A DNA stretch of 64,000 nt from Nitrospiraceae bacterium (GCA_003599025.1 QZIL01000084.1:4285-68284); one strand, 5' to 3'. Counted from the first letter of the stretch, positions 1 through 9,942 are shown. The notes: a model not told the origin generated them from the letters alone. A program made the numbers and translations.

Positions 1-1
1 T

Positions 2-630
2 GGTACTGCTACGATTACGGCGCAGCTGAGCGCAGTCAGCAGTAAAAATGTGACCGTGCCGTTTACGGTAAGCGGCAGCAGCACGGCAACAGGCGGCGGG
101 ACGGACTATAGCATAACAGCAAGTCCAATAACTATCACTGCCGGGAATACGACTGCCGACATAACGGTCACGATAGCGGCAGACAGTCTTGATGAAGACA
201 ACGAGACAGTAATAGTAAATATGGGATCACCCACGAACGCGACCCAGGGGGCCACAACGACTCATACGCTGACTATCACGGATGACGACCCACTGCCTGC
301 AGTGACTTTCACAAGCGCATCGCAGGCAACTGCGGATGAAAGTGGTACTGCGACGATTACCGCGCAGCTGAGCGCGGTGAGTGGCAAAAACGTTACAGTA
401 CCGTTTACGGTTAACGGCAGCAGCACGGCAACAGGCGGCGGAACGGACTACAGCATAACTGCTAGCCCGATCACGATAATAGCCGGGAACGCATCGGCTA
501 ACATAACCGTGACGATAACGCAGGACAGTGTTGTTGAAGGTGATGAAACAGTAATAGTAAATATGGGATCACCTACAAACGCAACCCAGGGGACCATAAC
601 GACACATACATTGACCATTACTGATGATGA
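2..630 (+). repeat. Tandem 342-bp (114-codon) in-frame repeat encoding the Calx-beta-like modules; probably continues upstream of the window
   Basis: nt 2.. ggtactgctacgattacggcgcagctgagcgc recurs at nt 344.. ggtactgcgacgattaccgcgcagctgagcgc. Nucleotide identity stays high through ...actcatacgctgactatcacggatgacgac / ...acacatacattgaccattactgatgatgac. Confidence 0.8.
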
Positions 631-2908
631 CGTTGCCAGCGGTACAACATATACCGTTTGTAAAGTTGGACATGCAGATGCTCCATGTAATTACCAGAGT
701 ATAAATGGAGGTATTGACAGCGCATCTGTCTTAAATGGAGATACTCTGCTTGTTTCGGCTGACACTTACAGTGAAAATATTAATTTCGATGGCAAAAATA
801 TCACAATCCTGGCCAAGGTCGGCGCTGCCACAACTAAGATCCAGGGCGACGGTTCTGCCAATGCGGTAGTGTCCTTCCTGCTCGGTGAATCATCTGGAGC
901 GGTCATTGACGGCTTCACAATCGATAATCAGCGGGCCACGGGTGCGGACGGCAGGGGCGTCAAGATAACAAACAGTGCCACACCGACCATTAAGAACTGC
1001 ATTATAGTCGGCAATTTATTGACCACGCTTTCTTCAGGTGATTCCTACTGGGGCGGCGGCATCTATATCAACGGCGGCGGTGTGACTATCGATAACACTG
1101 TTATCGGACAAAACGGTGCTGCCAACACAGCTAACAGGGGATCAGGGATATATGCCATAAACGGACTTGATATAACAATATTGAATTCCACGATCAGTTA
1201 TAATTCAGGACGTGACTATGCCGGGATATATCTGGCTTCTATGACCGGTATGACTACCCTGACCAATACAAATGTGGTCTACAATGATGCTACCACGGGT
1301 TATATCACTGGCGGCATTTACGCTAACGCCAGTTCGATATCAATAACTGGCGGCTCTATCTCCAATAACACCGGCAAACTAGGTGCCGGTCTGCGGCTTG
1401 AAAATGTACCGACCATCACCACCATCAACAACGTGGTCATTAACGCCAACAATGCCGGGGGTAATATAGCTGGCGGTATTTATTCTATCAATTCGCCAAT
1501 GGCTATCAGCAATGGCACCACTATCAACAACAACACCTCCCGTGATGGCGCTGGTATCTACCTGAGCGGAAATTACAGCGGGTTCCCGGCTGGCACCAAG
1601 ACTACCATTGCCAATACGACTATTACAGGGAACAGCACCGGCGGCGGCTATCCTGGCGGCGGTATCTACTCTAGCGGATCGCCGCTGGAGATCTCCAACA
1701 GCAATATCTCATCCAACACGGCGAGGGCAGGATCAGCAATCCGTCTGGAGAGCGTCCCGATAGTGACCGTGATCAGCAATACTACGATCAACAACAATAT
1801 TGCCGACGGCACACAAACGGGCGGCGCGATATATTCCAACTCATCGCCGATAACCTTTACTGGCGGTACCATATCAGGCAACACTAATGGTCGTGAGGGC
1901 GGCGGTCTGTATCTGACCGGCAACTACTCAGCGTTCCCGGCCGGCACAAAAACCACCATTACAGGGACGACCATTAATGGCAATAGCTCCGGCGCTTATG
2001 TCGGCGGCGGTATCTACACCTCCTGCCCGATCACAATCAATGGCAATGCTGCTATCACCAATAACACGGGAAGTGCCGGTGGCGGTATTTATATCACCGG
2101 CCAGGCAGATGCCACAGTGATAGATAGCGTTACCATAACCGGCAACACAGCCACGAGTGGCAATAATGGAGGTGGTATCTACTCTACTGCTTCGCCACTG
2201 GCTATCAGTAACAGTACAATCTCCAGCAATACAGCAACCCGTCAGGGAGCAGCAATTTTTATCACTGGCGTCTATGCTACTACAAACACCATATCGAACT
2301 CGACTATTAACGGCAATAACGCCCAAACCAACTACAGCGGCGGCGCCATCTACACTGACCGGGCACTGCAGGTGGACAGGACCTATATTCAGGGTAACAG
2401 AGGTGGTAACGGTGCGGCTATTTACTCTAATACAACCCTGACCATCACAAACTCGGTATTAACCGGTAACGTTGCTGACAGAGGCACCAATGACGGCGGT
2501 GCCCTCAACGTCTCGGCCAGTACCACTATCACTAATTCCACTATTGCAGGCAACTATGCTACGCGTTATGCGGGTGGTCTGCAAGGCGCTGCGACGGTGG
2601 TCAACAGCATCTTCTGGGGTAATACCTCCGGCACATCAAACCCGCAGATCAATGGCGGAGCCACGGTCACCTATTCCGATGTACAGGGTGGTTATGCCGG
2701 TACCGGGAATATCAATGCTGACCCGTTATTTGTGAATTTCCAGCAGGCGACCAGCGGCAACCCGACCAGTGCGGGAGACTTCCACATCCAGTCCGGCTCA
2801 CCTGTCGTAAATCAGGGCACAGCAAGTGGAGCGCCTTCCAATGACATAGACGGTGACAGCAGGCCTCTGGGAGGTGGATATGATATGGGTGCGGATGAGA
2901 AAGAGTAA
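2..2908 (+). CDS. Secreted surface protein, 5'-truncated by the window edge: Calx-beta-like repeats, then a long right-handed parallel beta-helix (PbH1) region and a conserved C-terminal tail
   Basis: The frame of ORF 50..2908 stays open back to nt 2, where GTATITAQLSAVS repeats the later GTATITAQLSAVSG. The repeated unit NVTVPFTV.GSSTATGGGTDYSI...ITV.I..DS..E..ETVIVNM is Calx-beta-like. It is followed by many GGGIY / N.TI..N beta-helix turns. The tail reads DPLFV...GDFHIQSGSPVVNQG...DIDGDSRP...YDMGADE. Confidence 0.85.
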   Translation, partial: GTATITAQLSAVSSKNVTVPFTVSGSSTATGGGTDYSITASPITITAGNTTADITVTIAADSLDEDNETVIVNMGSPTNATQGATTTHTLTITDDDPLPAVTFTSASQATADESGTATITAQLSAVSGKNVTVPFTVNGSSTATGGGTDYSITASPITIIAGNASANITVTITQDSVVEGDETVIVNMGSPTNATQGTITTHTLTITDDDVASGTTYTVCKVGHADAPCNYQSINGGIDSASVLNGDTLLVSADTYSENINFDGKNITILAKVGAATTKIQGDGSANAVVSFLLGESSGAVIDGFTIDNQRATGADGRGVKITNSATPTIKNCIIVGNLLTTLSSGDSYWGGGIYINGGGVTIDNTVIGQNGAANTANRGSGIYAINGLDITILNSTISYNSGRDYAGIYLASMTGMTTLTNTNVVYNDATTGYITGGIYANASSISITGGSISNNTGKLGAGLRLENVPTITTINNVVINANNAGGNIAGGIYSINSPMAISNGTTINNNTSRDGAGIYLSGNYSGFPAGTKTTIANTTITGNSTGGGYPGGGIYSSGSPLEISNSNISSNTARAGSAIRLESVPIVTVISNTTINNNIADGTQTGGAIYSNSSPITFTGGTISGNTNGREGGGLYLTGNYSAFPAGTKTTITGTTINGNSSGAYVGGGIYTSCPITINGNAAITNNTGSAGGGIYITGQADATVIDSVTITGNTATSGNNGGGIYSTASPLAISNSTISSNTATRQGAAIFITGVYATTNTISNSTINGNNAQTNYSGGAIYTDRALQVDRTYIQGNRGGNGAAIYSNTTLTITNSVLTGNVADRGTNDGGALNVSASTTITNSTIAGNYATRYAGGLQGAATVVNSIFWGNTSGTSNPQINGGATVTYSDVQGGYAGTGNINADPLFVNFQQATSGNPTSAGDFHIQSGSPVVNQGTASGAPSNDIDGDSRPLGGGYDMGADEKE

Positions 2909-3384
2909 ACACACATAGCTTGCAGGTGAACTTGTCCTGCTTCCGTAAATCCTCACAACCCTGATACGATGCTCCCCGTATCAGAAAATACATTAACTGT
3001 TCCTGCACTACAAAAGGCAGTTTGCGTATATTCATCCCTGTTTCACTTAGCGCTGGTCATCTGTATTCAATCCAGCATTATATTTGTATGAAAGAAACAG
3101 TTTTCAGCGTCCATCAGACAGATTAGCAATTGCTGGGATACTGCCCTAATATCCTGGTGAAATCACGAATCAATTGGTGATTACACCAGGTTGAGCAAGC
3201 AATGTGTTTCAATAGCAACTGGTAATTTAATCAGCTATTCCCATCTCCAATTCAACATTACTAATAACAAAATCTACTAAATAATCGGATATGTATTATT
3301 TTATGAGGTGTTAGGGGACAGTCATGGCCTTAGGAAAAATATACTCATTAATAGAATGATAATGATATGCATATTAGTATGTTA

Positions 3385-3400
3385 TGGAATGAAAGTTGCT
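3385..3400 (+). promoter_or_regulatory. Candidate sigma54 (-24/-12) promoter upstream of the giant cytochrome gene
   Basis: TGGAAT-gaaag-TTGCT has GG (3386-3387) and GC (3398-3399) separated by exactly 10 nt, about 150 nt upstream of the start at 3550. The consensus is TGGCAC-N5-TTGCW, so the -24 element is only a partial match. Confidence 0.3.
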
Positions 3401-3549
3401 TAACCACTAATGGTGATTAACGAGAAGGAAGTGGGTTGATCGTGCTCATATAAAAGCATCTGAAAATAAAAGGTATTAATTATTTGCTGATATGTAAGAA
3501 AACACGAAGGAAATTGTGAAGTTATTTCATCAGTGAATCAGGGCGGGTT

Positions 3550-6500
3550 TTGATGATACGAAGCAGATACAGAGGGGTATCCATATCAATTGTAATTTAT
3601 AAACCGTTAATCACAATATTCGCATTGCTTCTGGCATTTATTGAGGCAACAGCGATTGACTCCCCTCATTATGACCTTAACAGAATAGGGTGCGATTCCT
3701 GCCATTTTGTGCGTGGAAGTGAACCATCGCTTTTACCGCCCTGGACATCACATGTGCCCCAGGACATTGATGATACACAATACAATACACTTTGCTGGAG
3801 TTGTCATAATGATATTGAGGCGCCTTATGTTCGGACTCATTCCAGCCTTAATACAGACAACGGGTACGGGGACTGGACAGTAGAGTGCAGGGTATGCCAT
3901 AACCCGCATTATCAGAAACAGTTCAGGACATATGGAAGCGCGAGCTATGTGTATTCAGGGGCATCAACAGGTTTGACTGCAAGCACAATAACAAAGACCG
4001 GAGCAGGGTGGGCGCTTAATGCATATAAGGGATTAGTGGTTGTACCGAATTTATTGCAGGTTAATTACAATTATAAAATTCTAAGCAATACATCCGATAC
4101 ACTGACTGTTCAGGGGCCGCTCAATTTAAGCAAGGCAGCAGTCGGCAATACCTTTGCAATTGTGTATGGCAAACTTGTCACTGATACAGCTAATCTGAGC
4201 CAAATAGCAACAACTCCTGCTAAGAGCGGCAGCAAGCCTGTCAGGTTTTTTAATTCAACCGGGGCCAATTCATTTGCGGACGGCAATGGCGTATACGATG
4301 GAATCTGTGAGGTCTGCCATACGCAGACTTTTTATCACAGGAATAATCCTTCTGGAAATCATTCACATAATAATGGGGTGAAATGCACTGTATGTCATAC
4401 CCATTCGGAAGGGTTCAAGGGAACGGGTTGCGATGTTTGTCACGGATACCCGCCGGTCAATGCAACAAGCGGGGGTCCTGCCGGATTAGCGGACTATAAT
4501 GGTTCCACCGGCTCTGCTACAGCCGGGGCACATGCACTGCATGTAAATACAATAGGTTATTCCTGCAATGAATGTCATTTAAACAGCGCGGGTTCAGGTG
4601 CAACTCATATCAGCGGCCTTATGATAACAATGGGTTTCTCTCTCGCGGGAGGCACTTACCCGGGAGGCATGTATGACGGACAGACGACTGCGAATTACGA
4701 CAGTAGCGAGCCAGATACTGTTGTGTCAAAAACAGGGACAATGACATGTACAAGCATCTACTGCCACAGTACAGGGCAGTCAATAACTGATAAAGATGAT
4801 TCTACACCGAGCTATGCATCCCCTGTCTGGGATGACCCTGTAAGCGGGGCATGCGGTACTTGCCACAATGTCAGCGAGGCATCAGGGCTAAACAGCGGGA
4901 GCCATGCAGAACATCTTGGAGGCTCAGGAGTAAGCGGTTGTGGAGACTGCCATGCTGGTGCTGCTGATGATGCTTCGTCATATAACTCATCAAATCATGT
5001 CAACGCCTCTATAAACGTAGACAATGCTTACACAGCAGGTGGAGCGCCCGGGAACGGATACGGTACATGTTCCACGGCAAGCTGTCATGACGATGGGACA
5101 GGTAATCTCGTTGTAACTCCTGTCTGGGGTACTGATGTTGCCAGCTGTACGGCATGTCATGCCGCAGTGCCGTCTACAGGAAGCCATCAAAAACATGTTG
5201 TAACCACCAGTTATAAAAAAGCAGATTGCGACAGCTGCCATGACGGTGCAGAGGAAAGCCTCATGCCTCCTGAGCAGCATCTTGACGGGAATATTGACGT
5301 ATATGACTCCGCATCAGGAGATCTCGGATATCCCGAAAACAAGTCGCCGGGTACTGCCTATGCAGCATGTTCAACAGCATACTGTCACAGCACAGGACAA
5401 TCGACTGCCAGCGGTAATTCATCAACGCCTGCCTACTCAACAGTAACATGGGGTGGTTCTGCCGGATGCGGGACATGTCATGGTGTAACAGAGGAGACAG
5501 GATTGATCTCAGGCAGTCATGCGGCCCATCTCGGGTCTGCGGGAGTGGCCGGCTGTAGTGACTGTCATACAGGAGCGGCCAATGATGCGTCATCATACAA
5601 TTCGATTGAACATATAAACAGATTCATAGATGTAGCCAATGCTTATTCGGCAGATGGTGCGCCGGGCAATGGATATGGGACATGTGCCGTAGCCTCCTGT
5701 CACGAAGACGGGACCGGTTCGATGGTAACAACTCCTGTATGGGGGAGTGTAACAGAATGTTCGGCATGTCATGCGGCAGCACCGTCAACAGGCAGTCATA
5801 CAAAACATCTTTTACAGAGCGGAGTTGCATGTAGTGACTGTCATGACGCGGCAGTGCAGGGAACAACTGCTCCAACACAGCATCTTGACGGCAATATAGA
5901 TGTTTATAATTCAACACCGGGTGACCTCGGCTATCCTCAGGACAAGGCAAAAGGCAGCGCATATTCAACCTGCTCAAACATATCCTGTCATGGTGGTACA
6001 AGTGCAACATGGGGCGGGACTGCATGTCTTGACTGTCACAGCATCTCACAGGGAAGCCGGGCAGCCATAACATCTCAGTTCAACGCGAATTCCCATCATA
6101 TTCAGGGGGCTGTTACAAACGAAAAATGTTACCAGTGCCACTGGGAGGCAAACATTGACGGGAGTATCAACAGCACTCATCACGGAGGATCAGGGGCATC
6201 CGGATCTGCCGTGGACCTCGTGATATACGGTGCCGGGGCAAGACCTTCGATATATACCTCAGGGACTACGGCAGTCCAGTACATGGCTAGCGGGACGAGG
6301 ACAGAGATACAGAGAATAAACAGCCATTGCCTTGGTTGTCACAGTGACCAGAACAATTCAACTACGCCTTTTGGGGACGGGAAGACGCCGAGACAGTACG
6401 CATGGGACGGCAGCAGTGTGGAGGCCCGATACTCCCAGACAGGGACGACTCCGTGGGGTAAATACAGCAGCGCCACATATCCGAACGTGACACCCAAGGA

Positions 6501-9500
6501 CAAGCGTACCAAGGCCTTTTCTGCCCACGGCAATGCAGTGAACAACGAAGGGGGCTGGGACCTGAACGAAACCTGGCCCAACACTAGGAGCGGTGCAGTT
6601 AATGTGGCCTGTTTCGACTGCCATAACTCTCACGGCTCAAGCGTAAGTGGAACGACTGCATCATACATAAGCGCCACGACCAGCGGCGGGATTCTGAAAG
6701 ACACTTCTGCAGGCAAAGGGGGATATAACGTTGATTACAGACCTGCGGCAGGAGGTACTGATGAAAACAGGAACATCCGTAATGCCGGCGCAAGTCTATG
6801 CTTTGACTGTCACCTTACGGCTGACGGAAGTGCTGCCGGAATCCCCTGGGGCTATCAGACAACTTTTGGTTCGACTCAGGCGGTCATCGGCTACTTTGAT
6901 TCACCTTACCTTTCTCCAGGCAGTTCAGGAATGCAGCAGCGTTACCCGTATAAGGCGCTGTTGCAAAACAAAGGCGGCCATTTCAGTGCCTCATCGCCGC
7001 TATCCAGTACACCGATGGGCACTATCAACGGGCTATGCACACCATGTCATGACCCGCATGGGGTCAGCCCCACTGCTGTCGGAATCTGTTCGAACACGGC
7101 ATATGTCACAAAAACAACCTGTCAGTCCGGCGGCGGGGTCTGGACAGTTACTCCCCAGTACGGAGTACCGATGCTAAAGGGCACCTGGATGACGTCACCG
7201 TATAAAGAGGATGCTGCACCTGCTTACAACACCTTCGGCACAGTGCGTGACAGTTCATATCCGACAGGACACGACGGGACGCCGAGAGAAGGTGTTCCAT
7301 ACCATATAGACCAGAACACCTTTGGTGCGAACATAAGGGCAACGGTAACCGGCATAACTCAGACAGCCTCCCAGTTTGCAGGATTGTGTCTGAACTGCCA
7401 TCCAAAAAACAGCCTTACGGACGGGACCAATGGCGGCACATGGAAGAGTGTTGACCGCATTCATGAGTCTGTAAGGGGATGGGGTGGCAATGTACGGCAT
7501 AACTATACCTGCGCAAAGTGCCATGTTCCCCATAACGGCTCATCATTGCCACGCCTCATGATAACCAACTGCCTCAATAGCAGGCATAAAGGGAGAGTCG
7601 GCAATAATACCTCTGCTGTGCTCTCAGGCAGCGGCAGTTGTGATGACTACAACTGCTATGGTGAGGCCCGGACCATCGGCTTTGGATGGTGGGAAGAGGC
7701 TTATGCCTTTGCATCCGGCGGCGGGCAGTTCCCCGGAAGCTGGAGCGGGTATTATCCCGGGAGTTACGGTGTGACATGCCATGAGAACAAGGAAGCTGAC
7801 CAGAGCTGGAATAATGTTACGCCCTGGACTAATAGCACTCCTTCTATAACGTCCGGCCCCAGTTCAACCGGGCAGTTGGTGCTTATGCACATGGATGAAG
7901 CGTCATGGAACGGGACTCCGGGCGAGGTCAGTGACAGTTCGGGAAGAAACAACAATGGTACTGCATACAGTGGCGCAAATACAGTAACCGGCGGGAGCAG
8001 CGGCAGGGCAGGCAGCTTTAACGGTACCAGTAACTCTGTTGTAATAAATTATTCACCACCTGTGGACAGTTTCACGATTGAAGCGTGGATAAAGCCGACT
8101 GCGACCCACCAGGTTGATTCTGAATCTGTCACGGGCACAGGCGGTACGTCGGGGCAAAGATATTTATTCTGGCCAGACCATAAAGGTGCAGAAGGAGGAG
8201 CAGGCATATCAGCGGGCACCAACGGTATTTCTGTTTATGAGCACGGCAGCGGCTACATGCCTGCAATGGCGGTATACAACGGTGCTATCAGTACGAGCCA
8301 GTGGACCCATATAGCTGTGGTTTACTCTGATAAGAAGCCGAGTATTTATGTAAACGGCGTACTTGTCCGCACAGGTCTCAAGTCTGCCAAAACACATGTG
8401 TATGCGCCTACTGTAATTGGCGGGGGTTCATATGGTTATTTCCCCGGGACTGTAGACGAGGTCTCTATTTATCAGGGGGCCTTGAGTGCTGATGAGATAA
8501 TCCTGCACTATCAGCAGAACAGTGCTGTTGTCTGTAACAGCACGGAAAAGAATATTGTATGGACTACTGATTTCGATTCCACGTCTTATGTTGACTTCGG
8601 ATTAACAGCGGGTTACGGATCAACAGCCGGGAATAGCTCCTCAGTAAAGAACCACAGTATTGTGCTGTCAGGCCTTTCAGCGCCAGCGACATATCACTAT
8701 AGAGTGCGTTCTTCCAATTCAAATGGAGAAACAGTATCCAGTGACTATACTTTTGACACATATACCTGTCCGCCTGCAACGCCGACCCTTACCTCACCGA
8801 CGGCGACATCAGTCAGCACTACCACCGTGACACTTGGGGCCAACGTAACTGCTTCCGGCGGCCCGGCCATTACAGCACGGGGCACAGTATGGGGTATCTC
8901 AGCGAACCCGACCGGTAATGCAGCGGCAGAAGGCGGGACCTCAACAGGGGTCTATACTCATTCAAGAACAGGGCTGCCTTCCGGTACACGCATTTACTAT
9001 CGAGGCTACGCAACAAACAGCGCGGGTACGAGGTATTCCCCTGACGGCAGTTTCTATACTGAGCCTTTGACACAGGCAGCCGGGGTGAATTTTACATCAG
9101 TATGGTCATCAGGCATGACAGTGAAATGGACTCGCGGGACCGGCGATGGGGTCCTGGTATTGATGCGGCAGGGTTCGGCAGTGGTCACTGATCCAACTGA
9201 TGGTATATATACAGCATATTCGGGAAATGCCTCCCTTGGAAGCGGGACAGACATAGGAGGTGCATATGTGATTTACAAAGGGACAGGCACCAGCGTGACG
9301 GTCAATGGTCTGGCTGCCGGTACAACATATAACGTAGCGGTCTATGAATATAAGGGTACGCTTAACACTGCTGCATATGCACAGGGCACTAATTACAGAT
9401 CCCCGCCGGCAACAGGCAGTCAGGCAACCAGCACAGGTAGCTCAGGGGGAACTGTTGTGTTTCCGATTTCTCACATGGTGAATTGTTATAGCGGGACTTT

Positions 9501-9942
9501 TGCAGCAGATGCCGGAAATATTATATGGGCCGGCCCTTATCTGGACGAATATGATGAATGTGATGTCGACCGTACATTTTTGATGTTCGACACTTCATCG
9601 CTGGGGGCCGGAGCAACAATTACATCAGCGAGACTTTATCTGGATTTCCAGACAAGGGACTACCTGTCTCAGAACGCAGTTACTAATATCCATGAATCAT
9701 CGTGGGTGTACCCTCCTAATTCAGGTACCTGCAGCAATGTGGGGACTTATCTGGCCAATAACACGGTGTTGGTTAATCAGGCCTTCGGACTTACCACCTT
9801 TAACATAAACCCTGCATCTATTAACAAAACCGGGAATACCGGATTTGCTGTCAAGGGCGCTGATGAAACCATATGTGACAATGCAGACCCTGGTTATAAC
9901 AGGGCAACTTCATATCTGGAAGTGGATTACACCTCAAACTAA
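3550..9942 (+). CDS. Giant extracellular multihaem c-type cytochrome (about 28 haem motifs) fused to LamG-like, FN3-like and DNRLRE-like C-terminal domains
   Basis: 2130-aa ORF with an N-terminal hydrophobic signal/anchor (PLITIFALLLAFIEATA). By eye I count 23 CxxCH and 5 Cx4CH (CTSIYCH, CSTASCH, CSTAYCH, CAVASCH, CSNISCH) in the first ~1400 aa. The Cx4CH...CxxCH pairing resembles the Geobacter-type multihaem repeat. About 7870-8520 is LamG/ConA-like (SFNGTSNSVVI...FTIEAWIKP...WTHIAVVY...IYVNGVLV...VDEVSIYQGALSADEI). About 8550-9420 holds three FN3-like modules. About 9450-9939 resembles a DNRLRE-type domain (RTFLMFDTSSLGAGATITSARLYLDF). Confidence 0.9.
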   Translation: MMIRSRYRGVSISIVIYKPLITIFALLLAFIEATAIDSPHYDLNRIGCDSCHFVRGSEPSLLPPWTSHVPQDIDDTQYNTLCWSCHNDIEAPYVRTHSSLNTDNGYGDWTVECRVCHNPHYQKQFRTYGSASYVYSGASTGLTASTITKTGAGWALNAYKGLVVVPNLLQVNYNYKILSNTSDTLTVQGPLNLSKAAVGNTFAIVYGKLVTDTANLSQIATTPAKSGSKPVRFFNSTGANSFADGNGVYDGICEVCHTQTFYHRNNPSGNHSHNNGVKCTVCHTHSEGFKGTGCDVCHGYPPVNATSGGPAGLADYNGSTGSATAGAHALHVNTIGYSCNECHLNSAGSGATHISGLMITMGFSLAGGTYPGGMYDGQTTANYDSSEPDTVVSKTGTMTCTSIYCHSTGQSITDKDDSTPSYASPVWDDPVSGACGTCHNVSEASGLNSGSHAEHLGGSGVSGCGDCHAGAADDASSYNSSNHVNASINVDNAYTAGGAPGNGYGTCSTASCHDDGTGNLVVTPVWGTDVASCTACHAAVPSTGSHQKHVVTTSYKKADCDSCHDGAEESLMPPEQHLDGNIDVYDSASGDLGYPENKSPGTAYAACSTAYCHSTGQSTASGNSSTPAYSTVTWGGSAGCGTCHGVTEETGLISGSHAAHLGSAGVAGCSDCHTGAANDASSYNSIEHINRFIDVANAYSADGAPGNGYGTCAVASCHEDGTGSMVTTPVWGSVTECSACHAAAPSTGSHTKHLLQSGVACSDCHDAAVQGTTAPTQHLDGNIDVYNSTPGDLGYPQDKAKGSAYSTCSNISCHGGTSATWGGTACLDCHSISQGSRAAITSQFNANSHHIQGAVTNEKCYQCHWEANIDGSINSTHHGGSGASGSAVDLVIYGAGARPSIYTSGTTAVQYMASGTRTEIQRINSHCLGCHSDQNNSTTPFGDGKTPRQYAWDGSSVEARYSQTGTTPWGKYSSATYPNVTPKDKRTKAFSAHGNAVNNEGGWDLNETWPNTRSGAVNVACFDCHNSHGSSVSGTTASYISATTSGGILKDTSAGKGGYNVDYRPAAGGTDENRNIRNAGASLCFDCHLTADGSAAGIPWGYQTTFGSTQAVIGYFDSPYLSPGSSGMQQRYPYKALLQNKGGHFSASSPLSSTPMGTINGLCTPCHDPHGVSPTAVGICSNTAYVTKTTCQSGGGVWTVTPQYGVPMLKGTWMTSPYKEDAAPAYNTFGTVRDSSYPTGHDGTPREGVPYHIDQNTFGANIRATVTGITQTASQFAGLCLNCHPKNSLTDGTNGGTWKSVDRIHESVRGWGGNVRHNYTCAKCHVPHNGSSLPRLMITNCLNSRHKGRVGNNTSAVLSGSGSCDDYNCYGEARTIGFGWWEEAYAFASGGGQFPGSWSGYYPGSYGVTCHENKEADQSWNNVTPWTNSTPSITSGPSSTGQLVLMHMDEASWNGTPGEVSDSSGRNNNGTAYSGANTVTGGSSGRAGSFNGTSNSVVINYSPPVDSFTIEAWIKPTATHQVDSESVTGTGGTSGQRYLFWPDHKGAEGGAGISAGTNGISVYEHGSGYMPAMAVYNGAISTSQWTHIAVVYSDKKPSIYVNGVLVRTGLKSAKTHVYAPTVIGGGSYGYFPGTVDEVSIYQGALSADEIILHYQQNSAVVCNSTEKNIVWTTDFDSTSYVDFGLTAGYGSTAGNSSSVKNHSIVLSGLSAPATYHYRVRSSNSNGETVSSDYTFDTYTCPPATPTLTSPTATSVSTTTVTLGANVTASGGPAITARGTVWGISANPTGNAAAEGGTSTGVYTHSRTGLPSGTRIYYRGYATNSAGTRYSPDGSFYTEPLTQAAGVNFTSVWSSGMTVKWTRGTGDGVLVLMRQGSAVVTDPTDGIYTAYSGNASLGSGTDIGGAYVIYKGTGTSVTVNGLAAGTTYNVAVYEYKGTLNTAAYAQGTNYRSPPATGSQATSTGSSGGTVVFPISHMVNCYSGTFAADAGNIIWAGPYLDEYDECDVDRTFLMFDTSSLGAGATITSARLYLDFQTRDYLSQNAVTNIHESSWVYPPNSGTCSNVGTYLANNTVLVNQAFGLTTFNINPASINKTGNTGFAVKGADETICDNADPGYNRATSYLEVDYTSN
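4747..5970 (+). repeat. Internal in-frame tandem duplication (units 4747..5367 and 5368..5970) of a six-haem module within the cytochrome gene
   Basis: The protein segments C(T/S)..YCHSTGQS...CGTCH...SGSHA.HLG..GV.GC.DCH.GAA.DASSYNS..H.N..I.V.NAY.A.GAPGNGYGTC..ASCH.DGTG....TPVWG.....C.ACHAA.PSTGSH.KH......C..CHD.A......P.QHLDGNIDVY.S..GDLGYP..K..G.AY..C align over about 200 aa. A third unit starts at 5971 (CSNISCH) and then diverges. Confidence 0.85.

Noticed and set aside
2961-2984. Hairpin CTGATACG-N8-CGTATCAG after the first gene, considered as its terminator
   Set aside because: It is followed by an A-run rather than a T-run on the plus strand, so it is not a canonical intrinsic terminator for this gene. 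I could not assign another role.
1666-3035. Alternate-frame ORFs within and after the beta-helix gene (1666..1923, 1928..2326, 2157..2441, 2472..2735, 2712..3035)
   Set aside because: These are artefacts of the repetitive GGC/ACC-rich coding sequence. The beta-helix frame is continuous and explains the region.
4990-9254. About fifteen 60-150-aa ORFs on both strands inside the giant cytochrome gene
   Set aside because: The single 6.4-kb frame has coherent haem-motif periodicity and domain structure. The embedded ORFs are Cys/His/Arg-rich mirror translations.
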